Origin: a virus
Virus record (IMG/VR): IMGVR_UViG_3300018077_000007
Location: 1-64,000 of that record
Reading direction: 5' to 3' (one strand)
Length of the DNA stretch: 64,000 bases
In this document: positions 9,421 to 18,685 of the stretch, piece after piece
Numbering within the stretch: position 1 is the stretch's first letter
Layout of the letters: each line of letters starts with the position of its first letter
The notes under the pieces: generated by a model
Databases searched by the model: none
What the model was told of the DNA's origin: nothing
What the model saw: only the letters and a program-made list of their open reading frames with translations
Made by a program: the position numbers and the translations under genes

Positions 9421-9921
9421 GTGCCCGTGCTTAGCAACGTGCCCGTGCCGGGGGAGTATACGACGCTGCAATCCTTTCTGCATCAGCTGGATACACTCCG
9501 CCGTGCCAATGGGCCGCGTCGCGTCGGGCCATACGAAACAGCGGAGGCGTTCCTGTTGAAGCACGGGCGCGAGTGGCCATGGGCACCGTTGCCGACGCGC
9601 GTGAACTTCGGGGTGGCCAAGGCGTGCTTTCACAACGCGCTGACGTTAGCGATTCGACGCCCGACGACGGTGGTGTACGCCGAAGGGTGGGCGATGGCCA
9701 TCATTCCCATCCGACACGCCTGGTGCGTGGACATCAAGACCGGCCGAGTCGTGGAGCCAACGCTGCGGGACCCAGCCTCCGAGTATTTCGGCGTTGCATT
9801 CGACCTGTCCTTTGTCCGCCGGATCATCTGGCAGCAGGGATACTTCGGGGTGCTGGAGCATCCAGCCGTCTATGCAGAGCCGCCGGGAAGCGTTGTGGCC
9901 GTACTCCCCTTACTTCCCTAG
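9421..9921 (+). CDS. Hypothetical protein, possible transglutaminase/papain-like Cys-His fold
   Basis: KACFHNA...YAEG...HAW.VD...VEPT...YFGV. Confidence 0.55.
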   Translation: MPVLSNVPVPGEYTTLQSFLHQLDTLRRANGPRRVGPYETAEAFLLKHGREWPWAPLPTRVNFGVAKACFHNALTLAIRRPTTVVYAEGWAMAIIPIRHAWCVDIKTGRVVEPTLRDPASEYFGVAFDLSFVRRIIWQQGYFGVLEHPAVYAEPPGSVVAVLPLLP

Positions 9922-9966
9922 AAATTTCCTTACGCTCTGTCTCTCCCCGTCCCGTACAATCCCCCC

Positions 9967-10323
9967 ATGTGGCGCAAGAGTCGGAGCCGGATCGTCTCGG
10001 GGCTCTTGCTCGGCGTCCTGGTCCTGACGGGCTGCGCCCTCTTCCCCGCCGACCGCCTGAGCGTGGAGACGGGCCAGTTCTTCGTCGCCTACCGCCAGGC
10101 GTCGGTCGCCTACGCCGGGCTTGCGGCCCGGATGCGCCACGGGTGCCAGACCAAGACCCTCAGCGCCGAAACCTGCCAGGACGTGGCGGCGATCGACACC
10201 GAGATGCGGCGTCTGAGTGGAGAGATCGACCGGGCGATTCTCAAGGGGGAGCGGTCGGTAGATTGGGAGCGGTTAAACGAGATGCTCGGGACGGTGATTC
10301 GGTTGGCGTTTAAGGTGCTGTAA
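9967..10323 (+). CDS. Lipoprotein
   Basis: Basic N-region, hydrophobic H-region and lipobox LTGC; TACAAT ends 6 nt upstream of the ATG. Confidence 0.7.
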   Translation: MWRKSRSRIVSGLLLGVLVLTGCALFPADRLSVETGQFFVAYRQASVAYAGLAARMRHGCQTKTLSAETCQDVAAIDTEMRRLSGEIDRAILKGERSVDWERLNEMLGTVIRLAFKVL

Positions 10324-10769
10324 TGCGGAAGTTCACTGCGGAACGGTTTTGGGCAAAATCGAGTCCTGAACCGATGTCGGGGTGTTGGCTGTGGGAGGGC
10401 GAGATTGGGCGACACGGCTATGGGCGATATTACGATAGCGGTAAGCATCTGTTGGCGCACCGTGTCGCTTATGTATTGGGCAAGGGGTCCATTCCGCCGG
10501 GGTTGCATATTGACCACCGCTGCCATGTCCGTTCCTGCGTGAATCCTGATCACCTCGAAGCCGTGACGCCGCGCGAAAATAACCTCCGCTCTCCGACGTA
10601 TCCGCATAATCGCCGAAAAACTATGTGCCCTCGGGGTCATCCCTATACCGGAGAAAATCTTTATCAATGGCGAACTTATAGGTACTGTCGCCAGTGTGCG
10701 ACCGTTCATAAACGTGATTCTGCGCAACGGATACGTCGAGCCCAAGCCTTGAACGAAGAAGGACTGTAA
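10323..10769 (+). CDS. HNH homing endonuclease
   Basis: CWLW.G...GYG...AHRVAY...IDHRC..RSCVNPDHL plus CPRGH zinc module; lower GC than neighbours. Confidence 0.9.
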   Translation: MRKFTAERFWAKSSPEPMSGCWLWEGEIGRHGYGRYYDSGKHLLAHRVAYVLGKGSIPPGLHIDHRCHVRSCVNPDHLEAVTPRENNLRSPTYPHNRRKTMCPRGHPYTGENLYQWRTYRYCRQCATVHKRDSAQRIRRAQALNEEGL

Positions 10770-10773
10770 GCCC

Positions 10774-11106
10774 GTGCCCAAGGGCACCCCGACCCTCTTG
10801 CGCCAACTCGTCGCGCGCCTGACGTGGTGGCAACAGACCCTCGCGGCCCTGGTGGTGGTGGGGGGGACGGTCCTGAGTTTGGACGCCTATGTGGCCAAGA
10901 ACGCGGACTTGAGACAGTTGGCAGGCGAGGTGTACCAGGGCCAGCGCCGCACAGATCGGCGTCAATTGAGGCAGGAGGAAACTCAGCTCCAGTCAATCCC
11001 CGAGCGCGAACGGCGCTCCCGCACCCCGTTCGAGGAGCAACGGCTGAAGGAAGTCCAGCAGGAGTTGCGGGACGTGGATCGGGAGTTGGAGCAGCGGCGG
11101 AAATGA
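10774..11106 (+). CDS. Membrane-anchored coiled-coil protein
   Basis: One TM helix followed by a Q/E/R-rich coiled coil. Confidence 0.55.
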   Translation: MPKGTPTLLRQLVARLTWWQQTLAALVVVGGTVLSLDAYVAKNADLRQLAGEVYQGQRRTDRRQLRQEETQLQSIPERERRSRTPFEEQRLKEVQQELRDVDRELEQRRK

Positions 11107-11351
11107 GCACGGCGCCAATCCGTTCGCTCTTTTGGGATGTCATCGCCCCGCTGTCAGAGCGAGATCGGCTCGTCTTGACCGCCCGAAGTTTTGGAGTCCG
11201 CCAGGCACGTTTGGGGGCGGCGTTACACCTATCCAGACAGCGAATCTGGCAGATCGAAGTGCGAGCGCAGCAACGCGCGGCCGCCGCGTGGCGGTGGCGA
11301 CAGCGGTGTTACTGGATGATCTGGCGGCCCGGACCCGGCGGGCGGGCATGA
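11103..11351 (+). CDS. Sigma70 region-4-like HTH protein
   Basis: LSERDRLVL..R...QARLGAALHLSRQRIWQIE.RA. Confidence 0.65.
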   Translation: MSTAPIRSLFWDVIAPLSERDRLVLTARSFGVRQARLGAALHLSRQRIWQIEVRAQQRAAAAWRWRQRCYWMIWRPGPGGRA

Positions 11352-11919
11352 TCCCGTGGTGGCTCCAACTCACCCTCGCCCTCGTGATAGGCTATGTCTT
11401 CGTGGTGTGTGTGTTGTGGCCGTTGTGGAAGGACCACGACGGCGACGATTACTGAAGGAAGGCGACGGGTGCTCCCATGACGAAGGGGAGGAAATGAGCC
11501 TGTGGGAGTGGCTCACGGTTGCCCTCGCCTCTCTGGCGTTCATCGTCGTCGCCGGCTATGGCCTGGTGGTGTGGGCGTTGTGGCAGGACCCCGATGATCC
11601 CGACGGCGATGCTGACGACCCGGCAGGGGGTCCGTGATGCTGGCCTGGATGCTGCACGTGACGTGGCAGGGAGCCGTCGCCCGCTGGCGCCGGGTTCGGG
11701 CGCGCTTTCTGGCCCCCGTGCGGCTCTGGGACGAGCAGCGGTCCGGCTGGTCGGGGGCGTTGCCGATCTATCTGTTCTGGTGCCCTGGATGCCGGCGTTT
11801 CGGCCAGGACTATCTGCACGGCTGGCCGGGGCGGGAGTATCTCCAATGCGCGTGGTGCGCGGGGCGACGCTAACGAAGGGAACGCTCTGCCCCCAAGGGC
11901 AGAGTGACAGGAGGGTCAC

Positions 11920-12072
11920 ATGGCAAAACTCTCGTCCCAACAGCGGAAGAATCTCCCCCGAGGGGCGTTTGCGATCCCGCGGCAGGGCAGGAGGTGGATC
12001 ACCCAGGGCAAGCGGATCGGCAAGCCTGGGGTTCATTATGCCGTCGATCCGCTGCCGCCCCGCACCCAGTAA
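11920..12072 (+). CDS. Small basic phage protein (50 aa, not in the ORF track)
   Basis: AGGAGG RBS; MAKLSSQQRKNLPRGAFAIP resembles a common phage N-terminus. Confidence 0.55.
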   Translation: MAKLSSQQRKNLPRGAFAIPRQGRRWITQGKRIGKPGVHYAVDPLPPRTQ

Positions 12073-12695
12073 CCCCGTATGGACACCGGTGGACGACGCC
12101 GAGGTGCGGCGCCTCGTGACGGCCCTGCGGGTGGCCTTGCCCGAACCCGCCCGGGTGGCCGAGATCCGGGTTTCGCTCCTGCCGGGCATGGTTCTGGTCC
12201 GGGTCAATTGGGATCCTGGCGTGTCCTCCGTCAGCGAGGCGCGGAGTTTTGTCTCGCCGGGTGGTCCGGCGTGACCGACTGGGCCAGACGGCTCGCCGGG
12301 GTGGGGCTCGTGACGGTCGCGGTGGGCGTGATTCTGGTGGCCACCCCCTTCGTGGCGCTCTGGGGGGTGCTCTGGGGCGGCCCCAAGGACCCGCGGGAAT
12401 GCCCCCGGTGCCCCGACCCCCGGTAACGGGTCCCCCGGGGTGCGCGGCCACGCCGTGCCGCGCGGCGACGGCGCAGTGGCGCCCACCCGATGCGCTCCAC
12501 GAGGATCACCGGCTGGCCCTCCTGGGCCGGGAATTTGCTGGTTGGCTGGTCGGACTCGGGTTTTTTCTGGCCTGGATGTTCCAGCGATGTCCGTAACGGA
12601 AGGGAGGTGAGGCCCATGCCGCATAAAGGTTCGAAGAAGGACTACCCCCCGATGCCGGGTCATCCGAAGCCCAAGAAAAAGGAGAAGTAGCGGTC

Positions 12696-13424
12696 GTGCC
12701 TCACGTGATCCCGTTGCGGGAGTTTCTGGGCGCGGCGCCGCCGGTGGGTGGGGTCTTCACTGGCGATCCCAGCCTACCGGCTCGCGCCCTTCCCTTGCCC
12801 TCCCCGACTGTCCCGACTTCTTATGAAGCCGCCCGGCTCTTTGGGCGGGCGTTCCAAGACTTGCCGGCCTGGATTCAAGCCGGGATTGCTCGGTCGATCC
12901 CCCAGGTCAGCCTGAGCCCCGGGGAGGTCGGGGGGTCGGCCTCGTTCGAACACGCCGCCGTCCGGTTTCCCGACAGGGGCGAGCAGACGGTCCGGATGCC
13001 GTGGGGATCCGTGGCCCCCGAGGACGTGGCCCGCCATGAACTGGGGCACGTGGGGCTCGACCAGACGATTCTGCGGCCCCCTGACCTGCGCCGCCGGCTG
13101 GCCGAGACACTCCGGGCGGCCTTTGCCACTGATCCCGGGAGCCTGATGCAGGCGACGAGCGCCCATGAGGGAGTCGCCGGGATTGAGGCCACGCAACCGA
13201 GGGCCGAAACGGTCTCCGTCTCCGACGTGGTGCGGTCTCGGGGCGCGGAGGCCGAAGCGCAGGCGCACAAGGTGGCCCTGCACGAGTTCTTCGCCTCCCT
13301 ATTGGAACATCGCGGCCAGCCCGTCCGGATGCCCTGGCCGACTCCGCATCCCGAGGACGCGGCCCTCCGGTCTCGTCTGGAGGCCATCCGGCGCCTCTTG
13401 ATCGCGCCGTCCGCGAGTCCCTAA
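12696..13424 (+). CDS. Putative zincin metalloprotease
   Basis: VARHELGH (HExxH) with a downstream LHEFFA third-ligand helix. Confidence 0.6.
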   Translation: MPHVIPLREFLGAAPPVGGVFTGDPSLPARALPLPSPTVPTSYEAARLFGRAFQDLPAWIQAGIARSIPQVSLSPGEVGGSASFEHAAVRFPDRGEQTVRMPWGSVAPEDVARHELGHVGLDQTILRPPDLRRRLAETLRAAFATDPGSLMQATSAHEGVAGIEATQPRAETVSVSDVVRSRGAEAEAQAHKVALHEFFASLLEHRGQPVRMPWPTPHPEDAALRSRLEAIRRLLIAPSASP

Positions 13425-13429
13425 CCCCC

Positions 13430-14608
13430 ATGGCCACGGTCCCGCTCTCCACCTTCTTGGGCCGCCCCGCGCCGCCCCTCGCTTCAGCGCCGTCGGCCCC
13501 TCGGGTGGTCCCGCTCCGCACCTTCCTGGGGGGCGACGGGGCCGCCGCCCAACCGCTCACTCGTGCCCCGTGGGTCCGGGCGACCCCTCCGATGATTCCT
13601 GGCGTTAACCCCGTGCTGACCGATCTGTCGCAGGCTCAGGCGGCGCTTGGGCAGGCGGGAGTGGCGGGGAGAGTGACGAATGTTGTGCGCCCCGGGACGA
13701 TCCCGTCTCAAGCCTTGGGGGGCCTCCAGGCGGGCGGGGGTGCCCTCCAGTTGGCCTTGGCGTTGGCCCGTGAGGGGCACCCCGTCTCACGGGCATTCGG
13801 AGGGGCGTCGGGCGCCGTGAACCTCGCGGGGGGGGCGCTGCGGGTGGCCCCCGAAGCGGCCACGGCCCTGTTGCCGGCGACGGGAGCCTTCTCGCCAGCG
13901 GCCCTTCAGAGCGGGTTCGGACTGGCGGGGGGGGTCCTGGGGCTCGGGACCGGCGCCTATCAACTCGCGCAAGGCAACACCGCGGCAGGGATCGGCGGGG
14001 TGGTGGGGGGCGGCGCGGCCTTGGCCGGGTCCGCCGCCTCGGCGGGGCTTCTGGGAAGCGGAACCGCCGCGGCCCTCGGAACCGTCGCCCCAGCCCTCGC
14101 GTTCCCGCTCATCGCCAAAGCGGCCATCGATCTGCTCACCTTCCTCACGACAGACCAGTCCCCTGTCAGTGCCCAGTCTCGGTGGGAAGCCGAGGCCGCG
14201 TCGAACCGCGAGGGCTTCGCCGGTGACATATCCACCGCCACGACTCCAGCAGACATTGCCGCCGTCTTCAATCGTCGCGTCGGCCGTCGGTATAGCGGAC
14301 AGGACATTACTCCCGAGGCGATGCGCCAGGAATTGGCAGGGAACCTCTTTGATCTTTCGGCCTCTGGGGGATCCGGAGCCAGCCTCGCACGGTCCATGTT
14401 GGCCCGGGCATTGACACGGGCATTTCCCGGTGAGCCATCCACGCCCTACACCCCGCTGTTTCACCCAGACCTGCTGCGCAATGCCGTTGCCAGGATTGCC
14501 CCCTACACGGAGGGGATCCATCCTGACACCCTTGAACTCTTGTACCCTGGAACCCGGGAGCGTCAGCAAAATGAAGATGCCAACCGGTGGGCTGGCATGA
14601 CATTTTGA
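13430..14608 (+). CDS. Gly/Ala-rich putative virion or ejection protein
   Basis: Long Gly/Ala hydrophobic helices resembling pilot or DNA-transfer proteins. Confidence 0.5.
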   Translation: MATVPLSTFLGRPAPPLASAPSAPRVVPLRTFLGGDGAAAQPLTRAPWVRATPPMIPGVNPVLTDLSQAQAALGQAGVAGRVTNVVRPGTIPSQALGGLQAGGGALQLALALAREGHPVSRAFGGASGAVNLAGGALRVAPEAATALLPATGAFSPAALQSGFGLAGGVLGLGTGAYQLAQGNTAAGIGGVVGGGAALAGSAASAGLLGSGTAAALGTVAPALAFPLIAKAAIDLLTFLTTDQSPVSAQSRWEAEAASNREGFAGDISTATTPADIAAVFNRRVGRRYSGQDITPEAMRQELAGNLFDLSASGGSGASLARSMLARALTRAFPGEPSTPYTPLFHPDLLRNAVARIAPYTEGIHPDTLELLYPGTRERQQNEDANRWAGMTF

Positions 14609-14683
14609 TGGGAGGACTCTAATGGCCACGGGGACTCCCGTCGCCCACGGGGCGGTGATTGGAAAGGCGAGAGGAGGGAGACG

Positions 14684-14839
14684 ATGAAACACAAGGAACA
14701 GGCCCGACGAGAGTTGAACGAGTGGGTTGACGCGCACGCGGCCCCTGCGCTCAACGCGCTGGTGGACGCGCACGGCACGATGATCATCCAGATCGGAGAC
14801 GGACTCCCAGTGATTCTCTACAAGGAAGGAGGCGCGTGA
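14684..14839 (+). CDS. Small hypothetical protein (51 aa)
   Basis: GAGGAGG RBS, ATG at 14684, GTGATG overlap with the next ORF. Confidence 0.5.
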   Translation: MKHKEQARRELNEWVDAHAAPALNALVDAHGTMIIQIGDGLPVILYKEGGA

Positions 14840-15057
14840 TGAAACGGAACCATACAGGAAAGCGGATGACACCCATGGCCGCCCCGATGGCTCCGAGCCC
14901 CGACGCGCGCCTGAAGTGGGCCGCCGAGAGCTTCGCCAGCACCGCGATGGAGGTGAATCCGGCCTTTGCCAAGGCGAAGGCGAGCCTAGTCGAACAGGCC
15001 AAGCAGCTCGCCAAACGCCCGCTCATCGTGCAGCCGCAGGGGAAGCGGAGGAAGTAG
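14836..15057 (+). CDS. Small hypothetical protein
   Basis: GGAGG RBS; translationally coupled ORF. Confidence 0.5.
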   Translation: MMKRNHTGKRMTPMAAPMAPSPDARLKWAAESFASTAMEVNPAFAKAKASLVEQAKQLAKRPLIVQPQGKRRK

Positions 15058-15492
15058 ATGGCGACGCCATCGCGCGCCTCTCAGCCCCCGCCCCTGTCTG
15101 AGCAGCAGCAACAAATTCTCGCCACGGCGCTCTCGGCGTTCGCGTGGGGGCAGGCCGTCTTGCCTCAGTTTCCGGCGGGGACCAAACTGGCCGGGTTTTG
15201 GTTGGGGGTAGCGTGGGAACTTTCAAACGGGGCAGTGGTGCAATCGCGCAGTCCGATCTTCGAGATTCCGATATGCGCGGCATCACGAGCGGCGACGAGC
15301 GACGCTGAACCCCAAGGCGAAGGCGGTGACGCACTCAGAGGAGCAAACGGCATGGCTGATCCGCAAGTTGTAAATTACCGCGAGCAGGAAAAGGCAAAGT
15401 TGCGCGTATGGAGTCTCCGCGTCTCAAAAGAAATTCAAGCGGAGCATGACGAGTGGCTATGGAACTTCCTGACAGGGCATCAGGATGGCTGA
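15058..15492 (+). CDS. Hypothetical protein
   Basis: ORF abutting the portal gene. Confidence 0.45.
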   Translation: MATPSRASQPPPLSEQQQQILATALSAFAWGQAVLPQFPAGTKLAGFWLGVAWELSNGAVVQSRSPIFEIPICAASRAATSDAEPQGEGGDALRGANGMADPQVVNYREQEKAKLRVWSLRVSKEIQAEHDEWLWNFLTGHQDG

Positions 15493-17572
15493 TCCCGACG
15501 TCACCTCCCTCGCCGCCCTTCAAGCCCTCCCCGCTCAGGGCTCCAGCGGTGGGGCGGCCCCGACGACGGATGATTTGGCCGTCCAAGCCCGCCACGATTT
15601 TGCCGAGGCGTGGAACCACCCGCTCTGGAAGAAGCTCCGGGTCATGGCCAAGGAAGACCGGGGCTACTACGTCGGGGGGCTCGGGCAGTGGTCCGTGGAC
15701 GGCTCAACGGCCGATGCCGAGGCGCTCCAAGCGGCCAATCGTCCGGTCCTGTCGTTCAACCACGTGCAACGGTTCATCGACCTGTTGGTAGGCTACGAAG
15801 CGCAGAACCGCTATGATCCCCACGCGCTCCCGCAAGGCCAGGATGACCCCGAAGACGCCGAAACATGGTCCTGGCTCCTCAAGTTTTACGCCGACCAAAT
15901 AGAGCTTCAGGACGCCCTGGCCGAGCAGTTGGAGGACGGCCTGATTGAAGGGGTCCACGGCCTCCAACTCGGGGTGGAGTGGGAGGACCCGCTCCACGGG
16001 ACCATCACGAAGACCTTGTTGAAGGGCGGGGAGGAGGTCCTGTGGGATCCCTACGCCAAAGAATACGATCTCTCGGACGCGCGGTACTGCATCGTGTTCA
16101 AGCACCCCTTTCTCCCGACGCTCCTGGCCGAGTACCCCGACGAGGCGGCCGCGATCCGGGAGGCTCTGGGGCAGGTCGGGGGGGCGTTCGAGATGAAAGA
16201 CACGACGGTGAAGATGCCGACGCCAGACGGCTACGGATCGGTGCGGGGCCATCCGATCCTTGATACGGATGTGGAACAGCTCTTCTACGACCGGGAGCAG
16301 AACACGCTCCTCCTGATGGAGTATTGGTATCAACGCCTCGACTCCGAGTGGGTCGTGGTGGACTACGCTGCGAGCCGCGTGATCGAGGCCCAAGAGGACG
16401 CGGCGGGCGAGCCCCTCCCGTTTACGCGGGCCACGGCCGAGGCCGTGGCGCGGGCGGATCCCGAGCATCTCGAAGCCTACGAGCGCCGGATTCGCGTGGT
16501 GGATATGGCCGTGATCCTGCCCGCGACGTATCACATTTTGGAGGAAGGGAACCCCCACGAGAACGACCGCCGGGCCTATCCCGTCGTTCCCTACGTGGCG
16601 CGTCGAAAAGGGGACGACTTCTATGGCGTCGTCCGCAACCTGAAGGATCCCCAGAGGCTCGAAAACAAGCGGATCAGCCAAGCAATGGAGATCCTGGGCA
16701 AACTGGCGGGACTCCGACAGTATTACGAAGAGGGGTCGGTCGATCCACGGCAACTCACCGATCCCCATTCCACCGCCCCGCTTGCGGTGAAGCGCGGGAT
16801 GCAACCGCCCGGCTATCTCCATCCGCCCATTGCCGATCTGGTGGCCGTCTTGACGAACATGGGGCGCTTGATGGAAGCCCTGATGCCACAGATCACGGGG
16901 TTGAACCCCTCATTGATCGGCTATCAAGAAGGGGGCGCGGAGTCTGGGGTGGCCCTTGGGCGGAAAATCGGCCAAGGCCAAGTGATCGCGGCGGGGTTCT
17001 TTGCCCGGTTCCGGCGCACTCGGAAACTGACCTACCAGCGGTTGGCCCGGCGCATCCAGCAGGTGATGACCCGCGAGGAGTATGTGCGGCTGACGAACGA
17101 TCTGGGCGAGCCGGTGATCGTGCGGGTCAATCCCGCCGAGTTCGGGAAGCTGCCGGAGGAGGAGTGGAAGACGCGCCGGGCGACGATGCGGGCCGCGCAG
17201 CAGCCACGGGTCCTGCGGGACCTCTCCAAACTGAAGTACGACATTGTGCTGGCCGAAACCCCCAGTACGGCGACGGCCCGGGATGCGCTCCTGCTCAAGC
17301 TGATAGATCTGCTGCGGAGTGCCCCGATGCTGATGCAACTGGCCCCCGTGACGCTGGAGATTCTGGTCGAGTTGATGGCGGATCTGCCGCGCCGGGCCGA
17401 AATCATCCAGCAATTGAAAGCGACAGCCCAGCCCACTTCCCAGGCTGGGGCGGGCGGGGCTCCGTCTCCTTCCGGGGCTCCGCCCTTGTCGCCCACGGGC
17501 GCGGCGGCCCAGCCAGCGGTCTCGCCCGAGGTGGCGGCGGCGATGCGGGCGGCCACGGCGGGGGCGGGATGA
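15485..17572 (+). CDS. Portal protein (P22-like)
   Basis: 695 aa; D..YY.G..QW, RPVLSFN.V...IDLLVGYE.QNR, YPVVPY...YGVVRNLKDPQR.ENKR.S, ESGVA, KYDIVL.E.PST.TAR. Confidence 0.9.
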   Translation: MADPDVTSLAALQALPAQGSSGGAAPTTDDLAVQARHDFAEAWNHPLWKKLRVMAKEDRGYYVGGLGQWSVDGSTADAEALQAANRPVLSFNHVQRFIDLLVGYEAQNRYDPHALPQGQDDPEDAETWSWLLKFYADQIELQDALAEQLEDGLIEGVHGLQLGVEWEDPLHGTITKTLLKGGEEVLWDPYAKEYDLSDARYCIVFKHPFLPTLLAEYPDEAAAIREALGQVGGAFEMKDTTVKMPTPDGYGSVRGHPILDTDVEQLFYDREQNTLLLMEYWYQRLDSEWVVVDYAASRVIEAQEDAAGEPLPFTRATAEAVARADPEHLEAYERRIRVVDMAVILPATYHILEEGNPHENDRRAYPVVPYVARRKGDDFYGVVRNLKDPQRLENKRISQAMEILGKLAGLRQYYEEGSVDPRQLTDPHSTAPLAVKRGMQPPGYLHPPIADLVAVLTNMGRLMEALMPQITGLNPSLIGYQEGGAESGVALGRKIGQGQVIAAGFFARFRRTRKLTYQRLARRIQQVMTREEYVRLTNDLGEPVIVRVNPAEFGKLPEEEWKTRRATMRAAQQPRVLRDLSKLKYDIVLAETPSTATARDALLLKLIDLLRSAPMLMQLAPVTLEILVELMADLPRRAEIIQQLKATAQPTSQAGAGGAPSPSGAPPLSPTGAAAQPAVSPEVAAAMRAATAGAG

Positions 17573-17629
17573 CCCCCCAACGGGTGCAACTCGGGAGAAC
17601 GGTGAACCCCACACCCCAGGAGGCTCGTC

Positions 17630-17887
17630 ATGCTGATCGAGATCGAAGTGGTCGATAGGAAGGACGCGAATTTCAACCAGGTGCGGATCGGCGGGACCAT
17701 CGTGCTCGTGAAGGCGACGGATCTGGAGGCGGCGCAGCTGACGCTGCCGGACCTCGCGCCTGACCAGGCGACGGAACTCGCCGACGGGACCGCCCCGCCT
17801 CCCCCACCTCCCAATTCGGGTGCCGCCAACGACCTGCCCCCCGGGGCAGAAATTAGGAAGAGTCGCGGCCATTCCCAGAAGGGCTAA
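17630..17887 (+). CDS. Hypothetical protein
   Basis: AGGAGG RBS. Confidence 0.5.
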   Translation: MLIEIEVVDRKDANFNQVRIGGTIVLVKATDLEAAQLTLPDLAPDQATELADGTAPPPPPPNSGAANDLPPGAEIRKSRGHSQKG

Positions 17888-18378
17888 TCCCTCTGGCCAA
17901 GGTGCCCGCCTGGATCATGGCCGAACACGCCCGGTGGGGGGACGGCTTGACCGGCACCTTGGCCTTCGTCTATTTCAAGGGCAAACTCCGCCGCTGGCAC
18001 CCCCATGAGGACCGGATTCCGCCCGATGCTTCTGGGCCGGTCGAAGAGACGCCCGTCTGTGACGCCTGCGGGCAACTGATCACGGAGATCCGGGGGGGCC
18101 GGGCGTTTTGCGGGTGCGGGCGCGTGAAACGGCTATGACCGCAGAGCGCGAAGACGGGGCGGAGATCGTTCCAGACGACATGCCACCAGCCGTGCGCGCC
18201 CAGTTCTTTCTGCTGGAACATGCGAACCGCAGACGGGTCACCGGGGCCTCGCGTCCCTGCTCCTGTCAGGAATGCGAGCATCACCGGATGGTTCTCAAGT
18301 ACGCCCGCCCCCGGTTTGGGCTATGAGCCGCAGGGCGTCGGGCCGAGGGGGCCGACGCTGGCTGAGGCGAAACGAGAT

Positions 18379-18408
18379 TTGACAGACCGCCTATGATTTT
18401 GTAGCAAT
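18379..18408 (+). promoter_or_regulatory. Putative sigma70-like promoter for the scaffold/capsid operon
   Basis: TTGACA-N17-TAGCAA(T) in an AT-rich intergenic patch. Confidence 0.45.
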
Positions 18409-18451
18409 AGGGTAGCGAGCAGCACCGATTCTCGGGCCAACCCGACACCGG

Positions 18452-18521
18452 CAGCCCGAGTGTCTGAGGCGTTGGAGGACGCTCCTCCGCGACGATCAGG
18501 CACTCGGGCTGTTTGTGTTTT
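18452..18521 (+). terminator. Long hairpin with U-rich tail (terminator or attenuator)
   Basis: cagcccgagtgtctga ... tcaggcactcgggctg form a 16-bp stem with one G-U pair, followed by tttgtgtttt. Confidence 0.55.
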
Positions 18522-18685
18522 AGGGGGAATTGAAGATCGTGACCCCTCGATTCATCGGTTCGCCGGGCCGATCGTCCCGGCGCGTTTCGCTTCGCCGCAG
18601 GGCGATCGCTGCGGCACCGGCTCGCCAGGCCGGGACTCTTGGCGCATCGGGATGCCCCCCGTGATCGGGCGGAAGGAGTCAGACC

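Noticed and set aside
9967-11106. Spanin pair (lipoprotein plus TM coiled coil)
   Set aside because: The order is reversed, the genes are far from the endolysin and there is no sequence support; left as hypothetical.
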